Shown: piece by piece, positions 38,112 to 46,900 of the stretch
How positions within the stretch are numbered: position 1 is the first letter of the stretch
Layout of the letters: every line of letters begins with the position of its first letter
NCBI GenBank assembly: GCA_965652205.1
Contig: CBFGUI010000003.1
Span: 12,589 to 76,588 of the forward strand
Length of the DNA stretch: 64,000 nt
From: an uncultured Flavobacteriaceae bacterium
Lineage (GTDB): Bacteria > Bacteroidota > Bacteroidia > Flavobacteriales > Flavobacteriaceae
Direction: 5' to 3'
Position numbers and translations under genes: made by a program
Notes under the pieces: generated by a model
Database searches by the model: none
What the model was told of the DNA's origin: nothing
Seen by the model: only the letters and a program-made list of their open reading frames with translations

Positions 38112-39504
38112 GGGGCTCTTCTTGTTGTTGCTGGGGTCCATGGCCCAGGCACAACAATCCCGGACCTATCTCGAGAGCTATGCCACCGACAAGGACACGG
38201 AATTGAACATCAATACCAGTCATGCCGACCTGGAGTTCGAGACCTGGGACAAGGACCTTGTGGAAATCACCGCAGTGGTGGAACTGGAAGGGGTCCCCGA
38301 AGAAGAGGCCGAGTCCTATTTCAAGCGGGACCTGATCCGGATCATGGGCAACAGCAAGGAAATCGAAATCAGTACCCAGGGGGGCGGCCCGTTCGCATTC
38401 TCCTTTAGCGGAACGCATTTCGATTTTCCCGAACTTCCCCCCTTGGCCCATATCATGGAGGAAATCGAGATCCCGGCAATGCCCCAGCTGCACCTGCTCC
38501 CGGAACTGTCCGTGATGCCCGCCATGCCCCCAGTACCTCCCATGCCCAATGTGGAGTTTGATTACCGGGCCTATAAGAAGGACAAGGAAAAATATATGAA
38601 ACAATGGAGGAAGGAATTCGACAAAAGCTTTGGGGAGGAGTATAAAAAGAAATTCGAGGCCTGGGGGGAACAAATGGAACAACGGGCCGAGCAGTGGCAG
38701 GAAAAAAGGGAAAAACTCGTGGAACAAAGGGAAGAGCTGCAAAGGGAGCGGGAACAAAGGCAGAAGGAACTGCGCGAGGAGCTCGACACCCAACGCAAGG
38801 AACAGATCCAGCGGCGGAAGGAACTGGCAAAGCAAAGGGCCGAGACCGGAAGCAAGCACAGTGCGCCCAATGTGTTCTATTTCTCCTCAGATGGGGAAAA
38901 CAAGGAGTACAAGGTAAAGAAGCGCATCAAGATCAAGATGCCCAAATACCTGAAACTGAATCTGAACGTTCGCCACGGCGCGGTAAAATTGGCCAACAAC
39001 ACCAGGAACATCACTGCCAAACTGGCCTACGCAAGCCTATTGGCCTCCACAATCGATGGAACCGGGACTGTGATCCATGCCTCCTATTCCCCGGTATCGG
39101 TCCAACATTGGAACTTGGGCAAATTGGATACAAATTATTCCGATAAGGTCGATTTGGGGGAGGTGGGGGAGTTGGACCTGGATTCCAATGCCTCCAATGT
39201 GAGCATTGGAACCTTGGTCGACCGGGCGCAGCTTTTCAATCGTTTCGGCAGCCTGAGTATCGGTGCGGTTTCCAAGGGGTTCAGGGCCATTGAAATTTCG
39301 GTGGACAACGGGGAACTCGACCTCCAGCTCCCAAACGTCCCCTATGTCATAAGTTTGGAAGGTGACAATTCCGATTTTCAGTACCCCAAAACCCTTAAAT
39401 TGGATTCCTCGACCAATCTTCTAAAAGGGCACCACATCAACAATAAGGGGGACAAGACCATATCCATCAGTTCCAAGTACTCCGAGGTGGTCCTGGTGGA
39501 TTAA
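38083..39504 (+). CDS. Exported DUF4097-like (adhesin-like beta) protein with Pro-rich and coiled-coil insert
   Basis: Signal peptide (AQA|QQ), INTSHADLEFETWDK, Pro-rich stretch, E/R/K/Q coiled coil, repetitive beta-rich C-terminus. Confidence 0.75.
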   Translation: MNNQHPILFKGLFLLLLGSMAQAQQSRTYLESYATDKDTELNINTSHADLEFETWDKDLVEITAVVELEGVPEEEAESYFKRDLIRIMGNSKEIEISTQGGGPFAFSFSGTHFDFPELPPLAHIMEEIEIPAMPQLHLLPELSVMPAMPPVPPMPNVEFDYRAYKKDKEKYMKQWRKEFDKSFGEEYKKKFEAWGEQMEQRAEQWQEKREKLVEQREELQREREQRQKELREELDTQRKEQIQRRKELAKQRAETGSKHSAPNVFYFSSDGENKEYKVKKRIKIKMPKYLKLNLNVRHGAVKLANNTRNITAKLAYASLLASTIDGTGTVIHASYSPVSVQHWNLGKLDTNYSDKVDLGEVGELDLDSNASNVSIGTLVDRAQLFNRFGSLSIGAVSKGFRAIEISVDNGELDLQLPNVPYVISLEGDNSDFQYPKTLKLDSSTNLLKGHHINNKGDKTISISSKYSEVVLVD

Positions 39505-39531
39505 GGCAGTCCAAAAAGTCTCTTATCTAAA

Positions 39532-40203
39532 TCATCGGGGGTCCTCCTTCAGGTAGGATTTGATATCGTCCTTTAGGGAATTCAGCCGGGGAATGGAAAC
39601 ATTTTGGATAAAGGGATTGTCGGGATTGTTCTTTTCAAAATCCTGGTGGTACTCTTCGGCCATGTAGAATTTTTCAAAGGCCTTTACTTCGGTGACTATG
39701 GGCCTGTCGTACACTTTTTCGGCCTCCAATCGGGCAATTTGGTCCAGAATGATCTGTTTTTGCCTTTCATTTTTATAAAAGGCAATGGAACGGTATTGGG
39801 TCCCCCGGTCCGGTCCCTGTCGGTTCAGGGTCGTGGGATCGTGGGAGCCGAAGAAGACTTCCACCAATTGGGCAAAACCGATCACATCCGGGTCGTACAG
39901 CACTTCCACCGTCTCCGCATGGTCCGTTCTTCCATAGGCGACTTCCTCATAGGTCGGGTCCTTGGTACTTCCCCCACTATAGCCCGAATGGACCTCCTTG
40001 ACGCCCTTTACCCGTTCGTAGATGGCCTCGACGCACCAAAAACAGCCACTGGCGAAATAAGCGGTTTCATAGCCCTGGGCGGAATGTTGCACTAGGGAGG
40101 CACTTTGCTCGGAATCGCCCTGTTCCCCGGGAAGTTCCGCTGGGGTCTTGGTTCGGCAATTGAGGGATAAAATGGCCAGAAATAACAATAATGGGATCTT
40201 CAC
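39532..40203 (-). CDS. msrA: Peptide-methionine (S)-S-oxide reductase, exported/lipoprotein
   Basis: GCFWC, GYSGG, HAE, QG.DRGTQYRS, AEEYHQ; signal peptide with LNC lipobox-like motif. Confidence 0.96.
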   Translation of the reverse strand: MKIPLLLFLAILSLNCRTKTPAELPGEQGDSEQSASLVQHSAQGYETAYFASGCFWCVEAIYERVKGVKEVHSGYSGGSTKDPTYEEVAYGRTDHAETVEVLYDPDVIGFAQLVEVFFGSHDPTTLNRQGPDRGTQYRSIAFYKNERQKQIILDQIARLEAEKVYDRPIVTEVKAFEKFYMAEEYHQDFEKNNPDNPFIQNVSIPRLNSLKDDIKSYLKEDPR

Positions 40204-40586
40204 CTTATTTTTTTGAGATTCAAGTTAAGAAGCTTTGAAGGGAATCCATCAAAAGGTAGGGAAAAAATAGGGGATTTTAACTTTTTTTTGGATTGGTCCC
40301 CATGGAAAAAACCCAAGATTCCCTAAAAATATTGTCGAGCTGTTGATTTTCCTTTCGTTTGCACAAGCTTTTTAACCAAGGTGTTAGCTGGACACCTCTG
40401 AGAAAGATCGATGAAATGCAGCTGTGGTCGGCCGCCTGTTTTTTGACTTCAAAACGTTCGTCGAGGATTGGGCACGCTTTGCCCAAGAAAAGTTTGTACA
40501 CCGAAAAAATAGGCTGCTTTGGCGAGGGAAATCCTCCCTTGGGGAAACCCAATTTAATTTTACTCCCATCAAACAAACAAAAAACC

Positions 40587-40820
40587 ATGAAAACACTTGT
40601 CACCCTTATCTCCCTAACCTTCTTCGGAATCATGGCCCAAGCCCAGGAAGTCGCCGTGGAACCGAAGGCCGATGGGATTGTCATGGGGATAAAAACCGAC
40701 CTTTTGAAGGAACAGGTCAGAAAGGACAGGCAAATCACCAGATTGTACAAATTCAAGAACTCCAGGGTAAAGAAGGCCCTGTCCTTCACCACCAAAAACA
40801 ATTCGTCCAAATTGGCTTAA
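40587..40820 (+). CDS. Small secreted protein with basic C-terminus
   Basis: MKTLVTLISLTFFGIMAQAQ signal and RLYKFKNSRVKKALSF tail; A-rich leader before ATG 40587 (track ORF 40359 extends upstream). Confidence 0.75.
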   Translation: MKTLVTLISLTFFGIMAQAQEVAVEPKADGIVMGIKTDLLKEQVRKDRQITRLYKFKNSRVKKALSFTTKNNSSKLA

Positions 40821-40949
40821 AGCCCTATGGGTGTGTTACTTCCCCTTTTTCCATTTTTGATCCTCGCCTATGTGGTGGCCCATATGGCCTTTGCTTTCAG
40901 GCGCAGACGACCCTGATCCAAGCTCGGGATGCCCGAAATTTGTTTTGGT

Positions 40950-42170
40950 TCAGTCCACAGAATTGAATTCCTCCACGATTTCCTCGAACTCGATGCGGTA
41001 ATAGGTGCCCTTTTTCTCCGATTCCCGTTTGATGGAGCCCCGAAGTTGGCGGCTGAGGTTGTAGATCAACTTTAGGCCCAGGGAATTGGAAGTTTTCGGA
41101 CTGACCTCCTGTGGATAGCCAATTCCGTTGTCCCCAAGATAGAGTTCATAACGATTTTCCCCGATTTTTTTGACGGACACCAGGATTTTCCCATTATAGT
41201 CCTCGGTAATGCCGTATTTAAGGGCATTGGTGATGGTTTCGTTGATTATGAGCCCTAAGGGGATCACCGTGTCTATGCTGAGGTTCAGGTCTTCGATATC
41301 CAATTGGACCTTTACCCTGTCGTTGCTCCCCCGTACCGAGCGCACCAAATAATCACACAATTCCTGCACATAGGGCCTGAGTTCGATCTTGGAAAGGTAG
41401 TCGTCCCTTTTGTAGAGCATTTCATGGACCATGGCCATGGAGACCACCCGGTTCTGGCTGCTTTTGATGATACCACTTATTTTGTCATCGGAAATGGCGC
41501 GTGCCTGTAAGCTCAAGAGGCTGGATACCGTCTGAAGGTTGTTCTTGACCCTGTGGTGGACCTCCTTGAGCAGGGTCTCCTTTTCCTCAATGCGTTTTTG
41601 CACCTCATTTCGTGATTCATAGAGCTTGTGGTGGGCCTTGAGGAGGTTTCTGCCGAATACCCCCCCGAGCAGGTATACCGCAAAGGAGATGGAGAGAAAG
41701 GCGAACCAGGGCCTCATTTCCAAGGGGACCGTATTTGACGAGATCTTAAAATCTCCCATTTCATATAAAAACAACAGGGCCACCACCACCAAATTGATGA
41801 TAAGGTATAATTGTCCGAACACCCTGGTGCTCACATAGCCCGCGAACACAATGATTGCCAGGACAAAAATAAAGGGACTTTGTATCCCCCCGCTGAAGAG
41901 GGTGACCACAACGGCCGAGATCATGGACAATATGGAGGCCGTATTATAGGTGAACAACAAATTTTTATGGCTTTGGAACATCAGGGTGTTCACAAAGTTG
42001 AGAAAGGCGTAAACGATAAAGGTATAGGGAATCACCCCTTCTATGTCCAGGAAGAAAAAGCAAATAACACCCAGGATGGCAGCAATGAGGGAGGAGCTGT
42101 AATTTACCTTGAGTATCAGTGCGGTCTTGTCCTGTAAACGGTATGTATCCTTAGCAGGATTTTTTTTCAT
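40950..42170 (-). CDS. Membrane sensor histidine kinase, HisKA_2/HWE-like family
   Basis: About 6 TM helices, LLKEVHHRVKNNLQ H-box, NETITNALKY N-box, DNGIG and SLGL G-boxes. Start at ATG 42170 or 42197. Confidence 0.93.
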   Translation of the reverse strand: MKKNPAKDTYRLQDKTALILKVNYSSSLIAAILGVICFFFLDIEGVIPYTFIVYAFLNFVNTLMFQSHKNLLFTYNTASILSMISAVVVTLFSGGIQSPFIFVLAIIVFAGYVSTRVFGQLYLIINLVVVALLFLYEMGDFKISSNTVPLEMRPWFAFLSISFAVYLLGGVFGRNLLKAHHKLYESRNEVQKRIEEKETLLKEVHHRVKNNLQTVSSLLSLQARAISDDKISGIIKSSQNRVVSMAMVHEMLYKRDDYLSKIELRPYVQELCDYLVRSVRGSNDRVKVQLDIEDLNLSIDTVIPLGLIINETITNALKYGITEDYNGKILVSVKKIGENRYELYLGDNGIGYPQEVSPKTSNSLGLKLIYNLSRQLRGSIKRESEKKGTYYRIEFEEIVEEFNSVD

Positions 42171-42283
42171 GTGTTTCACCAAAATTGTGTCATCCACTGC
42201 CTATAAGTACAAGATTTAACTGCCAAGGTTGGTATAGGTAAGGAATGGGGCCCGATGGATGTATATCTAAAAATGTTTTTAGG

Positions 42284-42430
42284 GTGAACTACCCACCCAC
42301 GGCGTAGCCGATGGGTTGGGCTTCTGATTTCACAGACCTACGCTTCTTTTCAGAAGTCTTATTTGGGTCTCCATCAGTGTACTCGACCGTCCCGGCCGAG
42401 ATATTTTTCAAACCTTCTTTTAGGATATTT
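42284..42430 (-). ncRNA. Predicted TnpB omegaRNA (reRNA) scaffold overlapping the tnpB 3' end; guide is the flank starting at 42283
   Basis: CTTCT-GAAA-AGAAG tetraloop stem, CTGAT/ATCAG and GACC/GGTC pairings, and the right-end hairpin ending in TCAC. The location is established for TnpB systems; the 5' boundary is approximate. Confidence 0.7.
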
Positions 42431-43494
42431 CTACTCGCATTTATATCTCTGTCGTGTACCACACCACAAGAATCACAAGTCCATTCCCTATCTGAAAGTT
42501 TTAATTCTTGATTTATCCAACCACAATCCCCACAAGTTTTACTTGATGGATAGGAACGATTGACTTTAACAAGTTCTTTTCCATACCAATCACATTTATA
42601 TTGAAGCAATATTACAAAATTACCCCAACATGCATCGGCAATATGTTTTGATAATTTGTGGTTTTTGAACATACCTTTAACATTTAAGTCCTCTACTGAT
42701 ATTAAATCATATTGATTGACCAATTGATGAGAAACTTTGTGTAAGGTATCCAATCTACAACTTGCAATTTTCTCGTGAATCTTGGCAACTTTGAGTTTTT
42801 GTTTTTCAAACCCATTACTGCCTTTTTGTTTACGGGATAAGTGCTGTTGTGCTTTCTTTAATTGTTTTGCATATTTCTTTGTGTGCTTATTGTTTTTATA
42901 CTTTTTCCCATCCGATGTTATTACAAAATCCTTTAGACCAAGGTCTATTCCAATTTGTTTGCCGGTTTTGGGCAATTGTTCTATTTCCTGTTCTGTAAAT
43001 ATAGAAACAAAGTATTTGCCCGTTGGTGTTTTGGTAATGGACATCTTACCAATTTTCCCCCTAACATCACGGTGCAACTTTACTTTAATCTCTTCTTTAA
43101 ATTTAGGTATATGTATCTTGTTGTCTGTCAGTGTTCCAAATTGAGGTATGGTAAATGTACTCTTATGTTTCCTTGATTTGAATTTAGGAAACTGGGCATT
43201 GCCTCTAAAAAAGTTTAAAAATGCAGAATCCAAGGAGCGTAAAGCAAATTGAAGCGACTGACTATTAACTTCCTTTAACCACTTTGTTTCTTCTTTCTTT
43301 TTGAGTTTTGTCAGAGCGGCGGCTTGTTCATGGTAATTGTCAGACTTTTTATCCGCTTGATACTGTTCTTTACGTTCATTTAAAAAATGATTATAGACAT
43401 AGCGAGTACAACCAAAGTGCTTTGCAAGAAGGGTTTCTTGCTCTGCTGTTGGATATATTCTAAATTTATAGGTCTTATTCATCATTTTCATCAC
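42289..43494 (-). CDS. tnpB: RNA-guided endonuclease TnpB (Cas12 ancestor)
   Basis: YKFRIYPT N-terminus, RuvC-I GIDLG, RuvC-II VEDLN, Zn finger CGDC...CDSC, RuvC-III DRDINA; all catalytic residues present. Several possible starts between 43482 and 43494. Confidence 0.95.
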   Translation of the reverse strand: MMKMMNKTYKFRIYPTAEQETLLAKHFGCTRYVYNHFLNERKEQYQADKKSDNYHEQAAALTKLKKKEETKWLKEVNSQSLQFALRSLDSAFLNFFRGNAQFPKFKSRKHKSTFTIPQFGTLTDNKIHIPKFKEEIKVKLHRDVRGKIGKMSITKTPTGKYFVSIFTEQEIEQLPKTGKQIGIDLGLKDFVITSDGKKYKNNKHTKKYAKQLKKAQQHLSRKQKGSNGFEKQKLKVAKIHEKIASCRLDTLHKVSHQLVNQYDLISVEDLNVKGMFKNHKLSKHIADACWGNFVILLQYKCDWYGKELVKVNRSYPSSKTCGDCGWINQELKLSDREWTCDSCGVVHDRDINASRNILKEGLKNISAGTVEYTDGDPNKTSEKKRRSVKSEAQPIGYAVGG

Positions 43495-43534
43495 TTACTA
43501 TACATCAAAACTTATGCCAAAATACCGTTTTATG

Positions 43535-43542
43535 TAAATTTG
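43535..43542 (+). promoter_or_regulatory. Bacteroidota-type -7 box for tnpA inside the IS
   Basis: TAAATTTG 7 bp upstream of the tnpA ATG. Confidence 0.5.
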
Positions 43543-43549
43543 TCATGAT

Positions 43550-43912
43550 ATGTCTCACCACATCAGTACAGATCGCTCAAAACACTACTTAAAATGGCAT
43601 TTAATTTTGGTTGCCAAGTATCGTGGAAATATCTTGGTTGGTCAGTTAAATGATGATTTAAAGTCTGTCTTTCAATCCATAGCCGATAATCCGGATTTTG
43701 AAATTGAGGTGTTTGAATCAGATGTCAACCATATTCATTTTCTTATTCGCCACATACCTCGTTTGTCCATCGCTCAAATTGTTCGTAGATTGAAGCAAGA
43801 ATCCACACATCAGTTATGGTTACAACATCGTTCAACACTTCGTCGGTATTATTGGTATCGTAAAATTTTGTGTCCGGATGGGTACTTCGCTTGTTCTATC
43901 GGTGAGGCTTCA
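43550..43912 (+). pseudogene. tnpA: IS200/IS605 Y1 transposase TnpA, C-terminally truncated
   Basis: HLILVAKYR, HUH motif NHIHFL, LKQES and DGYF.CSIGEAS are present. The following helix with the catalytic Tyr and the native stop are absent, and the frame runs on to 44239 antisense to secA. Confidence 0.85.
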
Positions 43913-43939
43913 GCATCAGTGGGTTTTACGCTCCGCCAT

Positions 43940-43980
43940 ATAAAAAAAATGACAGCCCCAAAAACCGCTGTCACTTTTTA
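43940..43980 (-). terminator. Bidirectional intrinsic terminator of secA; its T-tail supplies the TTAT insertion site
   Basis: AAAAAAAA-TGACAGC-N10-GCTGTCA-C-TTTTT. Confidence 0.8.
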
Positions 43981-43998
43981 TATCACATTCAATCCTGG

Positions 43999-46900
43999 TC
44001 AATCCTCGACCAACACCCATTCCCCTTTTTCGATCAGGGGTTCGGCCTGTTTGTATTTTACGCTCTTGCTCTCCCCGGACATGATATTTTTGATGGTGAC
44101 CCTGTCGTTCCTACCAATTTTCGGCTTTTCCCTGACCACGGTCTCGGTCAACTGCTGTCTTTGGCCCTGGGTCTGTCCGGCAGCCCTGCTGCGGGCGGAA
44201 AGTTCATCACTGTTGGGGATTTCCTCCTTGGAGGTCTGAAGCTTCTCCTTGGGCCTGCTCACGGTCCTGGCCTCCTGGATTTCGTTGCTGTTCTGGGACG
44301 GAAGTTCCCCTTTGAAGAGGAAGGAAATCACTTCCTTGTTCACCTTGTCGATCATTTCCTTGAAGAGTTCAAAAGCCTCGAACTTATAAATCAATAGCGG
44401 GTCCTTTTGTTCGTGAACGGCCAATTGGACGGATTGTTTCAGTTCGTCCATTTTGCGCAAATGGGTCTTCCAGGAGTCATCGATAATGGCCAGGGAGATG
44501 TTTTTCTCAAAATCCGTGATCAATTGCTTGCCCTCACTGCGGTAGGCCTTTTCCAGATTGGTGACCACGTTCAGGGTCTTGATCCCATCGGTAAAGGGAA
44601 CCACGATCCGTTCAAAGGAATTGGATTGGTCCTCGTGTACCCTTTTGATGACCTGGAAGGCCATCGCCGCGGAGCGCTCCATCTTGTCCAGGTAAAACTC
44701 ATAGGCCGCCTTATAGACCAAATTGGCCAATTCCTGCACCCCCATCCTCTTGAACTCGTCCTCTGTGACGGGTGCGGTAATGGAGAAGAATTTGATGAGT
44801 TCGAACTCAAAGTTCTTATAATCGTCGGCCAATTTGTTGGTCTCTACCAACAGTTCGCTGGTATCGTAGATCATATTGGCAATATCCACCTTGAGCCTTT
44901 CCCCTTGGAGGGCGTGTCTTCTTCTTTTGTAGACCACCTCCCGTTGGGCATTCATGACATCATCGTATTCCAAAAGGCGCTTACGGATCCCAAAGTTGTT
45001 CTCCTCCACCTTTTTCTGGGCGCGTTCAATGGAACGGGTCATCATGGAATGCTGGATCACCTCGCCATCCTCCAAGCCCATACGGTCCATCATTTTTGCA
45101 ACTCGGTCCGAGCCGAACAAACGCATGAGGTTATCCTCCAGGGAAACATAGAATTGTGAGCTTCCCGGATCGCCCTGTCGGCCGGAACGGCCCCTGAGCT
45201 GTCGGTCCACCCTTCTGGAATCATGGCGTTCCGTGCCTATGATGGCCAATCCCCCGGCTTCCTTGACCTCAGGGGACAATTTGATGTCCGTACCCCTACC
45301 GGCCATGTTGGTCGCTATGGTCACGATACCGGATTTCCCGGCCTCGGCCACGATATCCGCCTCCTTCTTGTGGAGTTTTGCGTTCAGCACATTGTGGGGA
45401 ACCTTTCGAACGCTGAGCAATTTGGACAGCAATTCGGAAATCTCCACTGAGGTCGTACCGATAAGTACCGGCCTGCCCGCTTGGGAGAGTTTGGTGACCT
45501 CCTCGATGATGGCATTGTATTTTTCCCTTTTGGTCTTGTAGATCAAATCGTTCCTGTCATCCCGTGCAATGGGCCTGTTGGTGGGAATCTCCATGACATC
45601 CAATTTGTAGATTTCCCAGAATTCCCCCGCTTCGGTAATGGCCGTACCGGTCATACCGGCCAGCTTTTTGTACATCCTGAAGTAATTTTGCAGGGTAATG
45701 GTGGCAAAGGTCTGGGTCATGGCCTCGATCTTGACGCGCTCCTTGGCCTCGATGGCCTGGTGGAGTCCGTCCGAATACCGTCTGCCGTCCATGATACGGC
45801 CCGTTTGCTCGTCCACGATCATGACCTTGTTGTCGATCACCACGTATTCCACGTCCTTTTCAAAAAGGGTATAGGCTTTCAGCAGCTGGGTCATGGTATG
45901 GATCCTTTCGCTTTTGACGGAAAAATCCTTGAAGAGCTCTTCCTTGAGTTGGGCCTCCTTCTCGATATCCAAGCCCTGTTGTTCGATCTTGGCGATCTCA
46001 CTGCCAATGTCCGGCATGACAAAGAAATCCCGGTCCTCGTCCCCTGAGATATAATCGACCCCTTTATCGGTCAACTCGATCTGGTTGTTCTTTTCATCGA
46101 TCACAAACAACAGGTCCGCATCCACTTTGGGCATTTCCCTGTTGTTGTCCTGCATATAGAAGTTCTCTGTTTTTTGGAGCAGTTGTTTCACCCCCTCTTC
46201 ACTCAAGAACTTGATCAGGGCCTTGTTCTTCGGAAGCCCGCGGTGTACCCGGAGCAGGAGAAACCCTCCTTCCTTGCTATCCCCGGCGGCGATCAATTTT
46301 TTGGCCTCGGCCAGGACCCCGGTCAAATGCTGTCGCTGTTTGTTCACGATATCGGCCACCTTTGGGCTGAGTTCGTTGAATTCATGTCGATCGCCCTCGG
46401 GCACCGGCCCCGAGATGATCAAGGGGGTACGCGCATCGTCCACAAGGACGGAATCCACCTCATCCACTATGGCGTAATGGTGGGGGCGCTGCACCAGGTC
46501 ATCGGGGGTGTGCGCCATATTGTCGCGCAAGTAGTCAAACCCGAATTCGTTGTTGGTGCCATAGGTGATATCGGCATTGTAGGCGGCCCTTCTGCCGTCG
46601 GAATTGGGCCTGTGATGGTCTATGCAATCCACGGAAAGGCCGTGGAACTCAAATATGGGGGCCATCCATGAGCTGTCCCTTTTGGCCAGGTAATCGTTCA
46701 CCGTCACCAAATGGGCCCCCTTGCCCGCAAGGGCATTGAGATAGAGTGGGAGGGTGGCCACCAAGGTCTTTCCTTCCCCGGTCTGCATTTCTGCGATCTT
46801 CCCCTGGTGGAGGGCAATGCCCCCGATGAGCTGCACGTCGTAATGTACCATGTCCCAGGTCACTTCCTTTCCGGCGGCATCCCAGGAATTGCTCCAAACG

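Larger units (their letters stand above)
42284..43939 (-). mobile_element. IS200/IS605-family insertion sequence, IS605-type (divergent tnpA/tnpB), left end damaged
   Basis: Minus strand: TTAT|ATGGCGGAGCGTAAAACCCACTG... (left end) to ...GAAGCCCAACCCATCGGCTACGCCGTGGGTGGGTAGTTCAC| (right end). No target duplication; about 32% GC in a 60-bp spot count. Confidence 0.9.

Noticed and set aside
38440-38830. Tandem DNA repeat or CRISPR-like array in the repetitive-looking stretch
   Set aside because: The low complexity comes from Pro-rich and coiled-coil codons within the CDS; there are no constant-length repeats with spacers.
40375-40430. TPP riboswitch (AGGTGT...ACACCT hairpin followed by CTGAGA)
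   Set aside because: The downstream ACCTGAT and P4/P5 elements are absent, and no thiamine gene follows.
43913-44239. C-terminal extension of the 229-aa tnpA ORF as a novel fusion domain
   Set aside because: It is read-through across the left end, the secA terminator and the secA antisense strand after loss of the native stop; it has no protein-like features.
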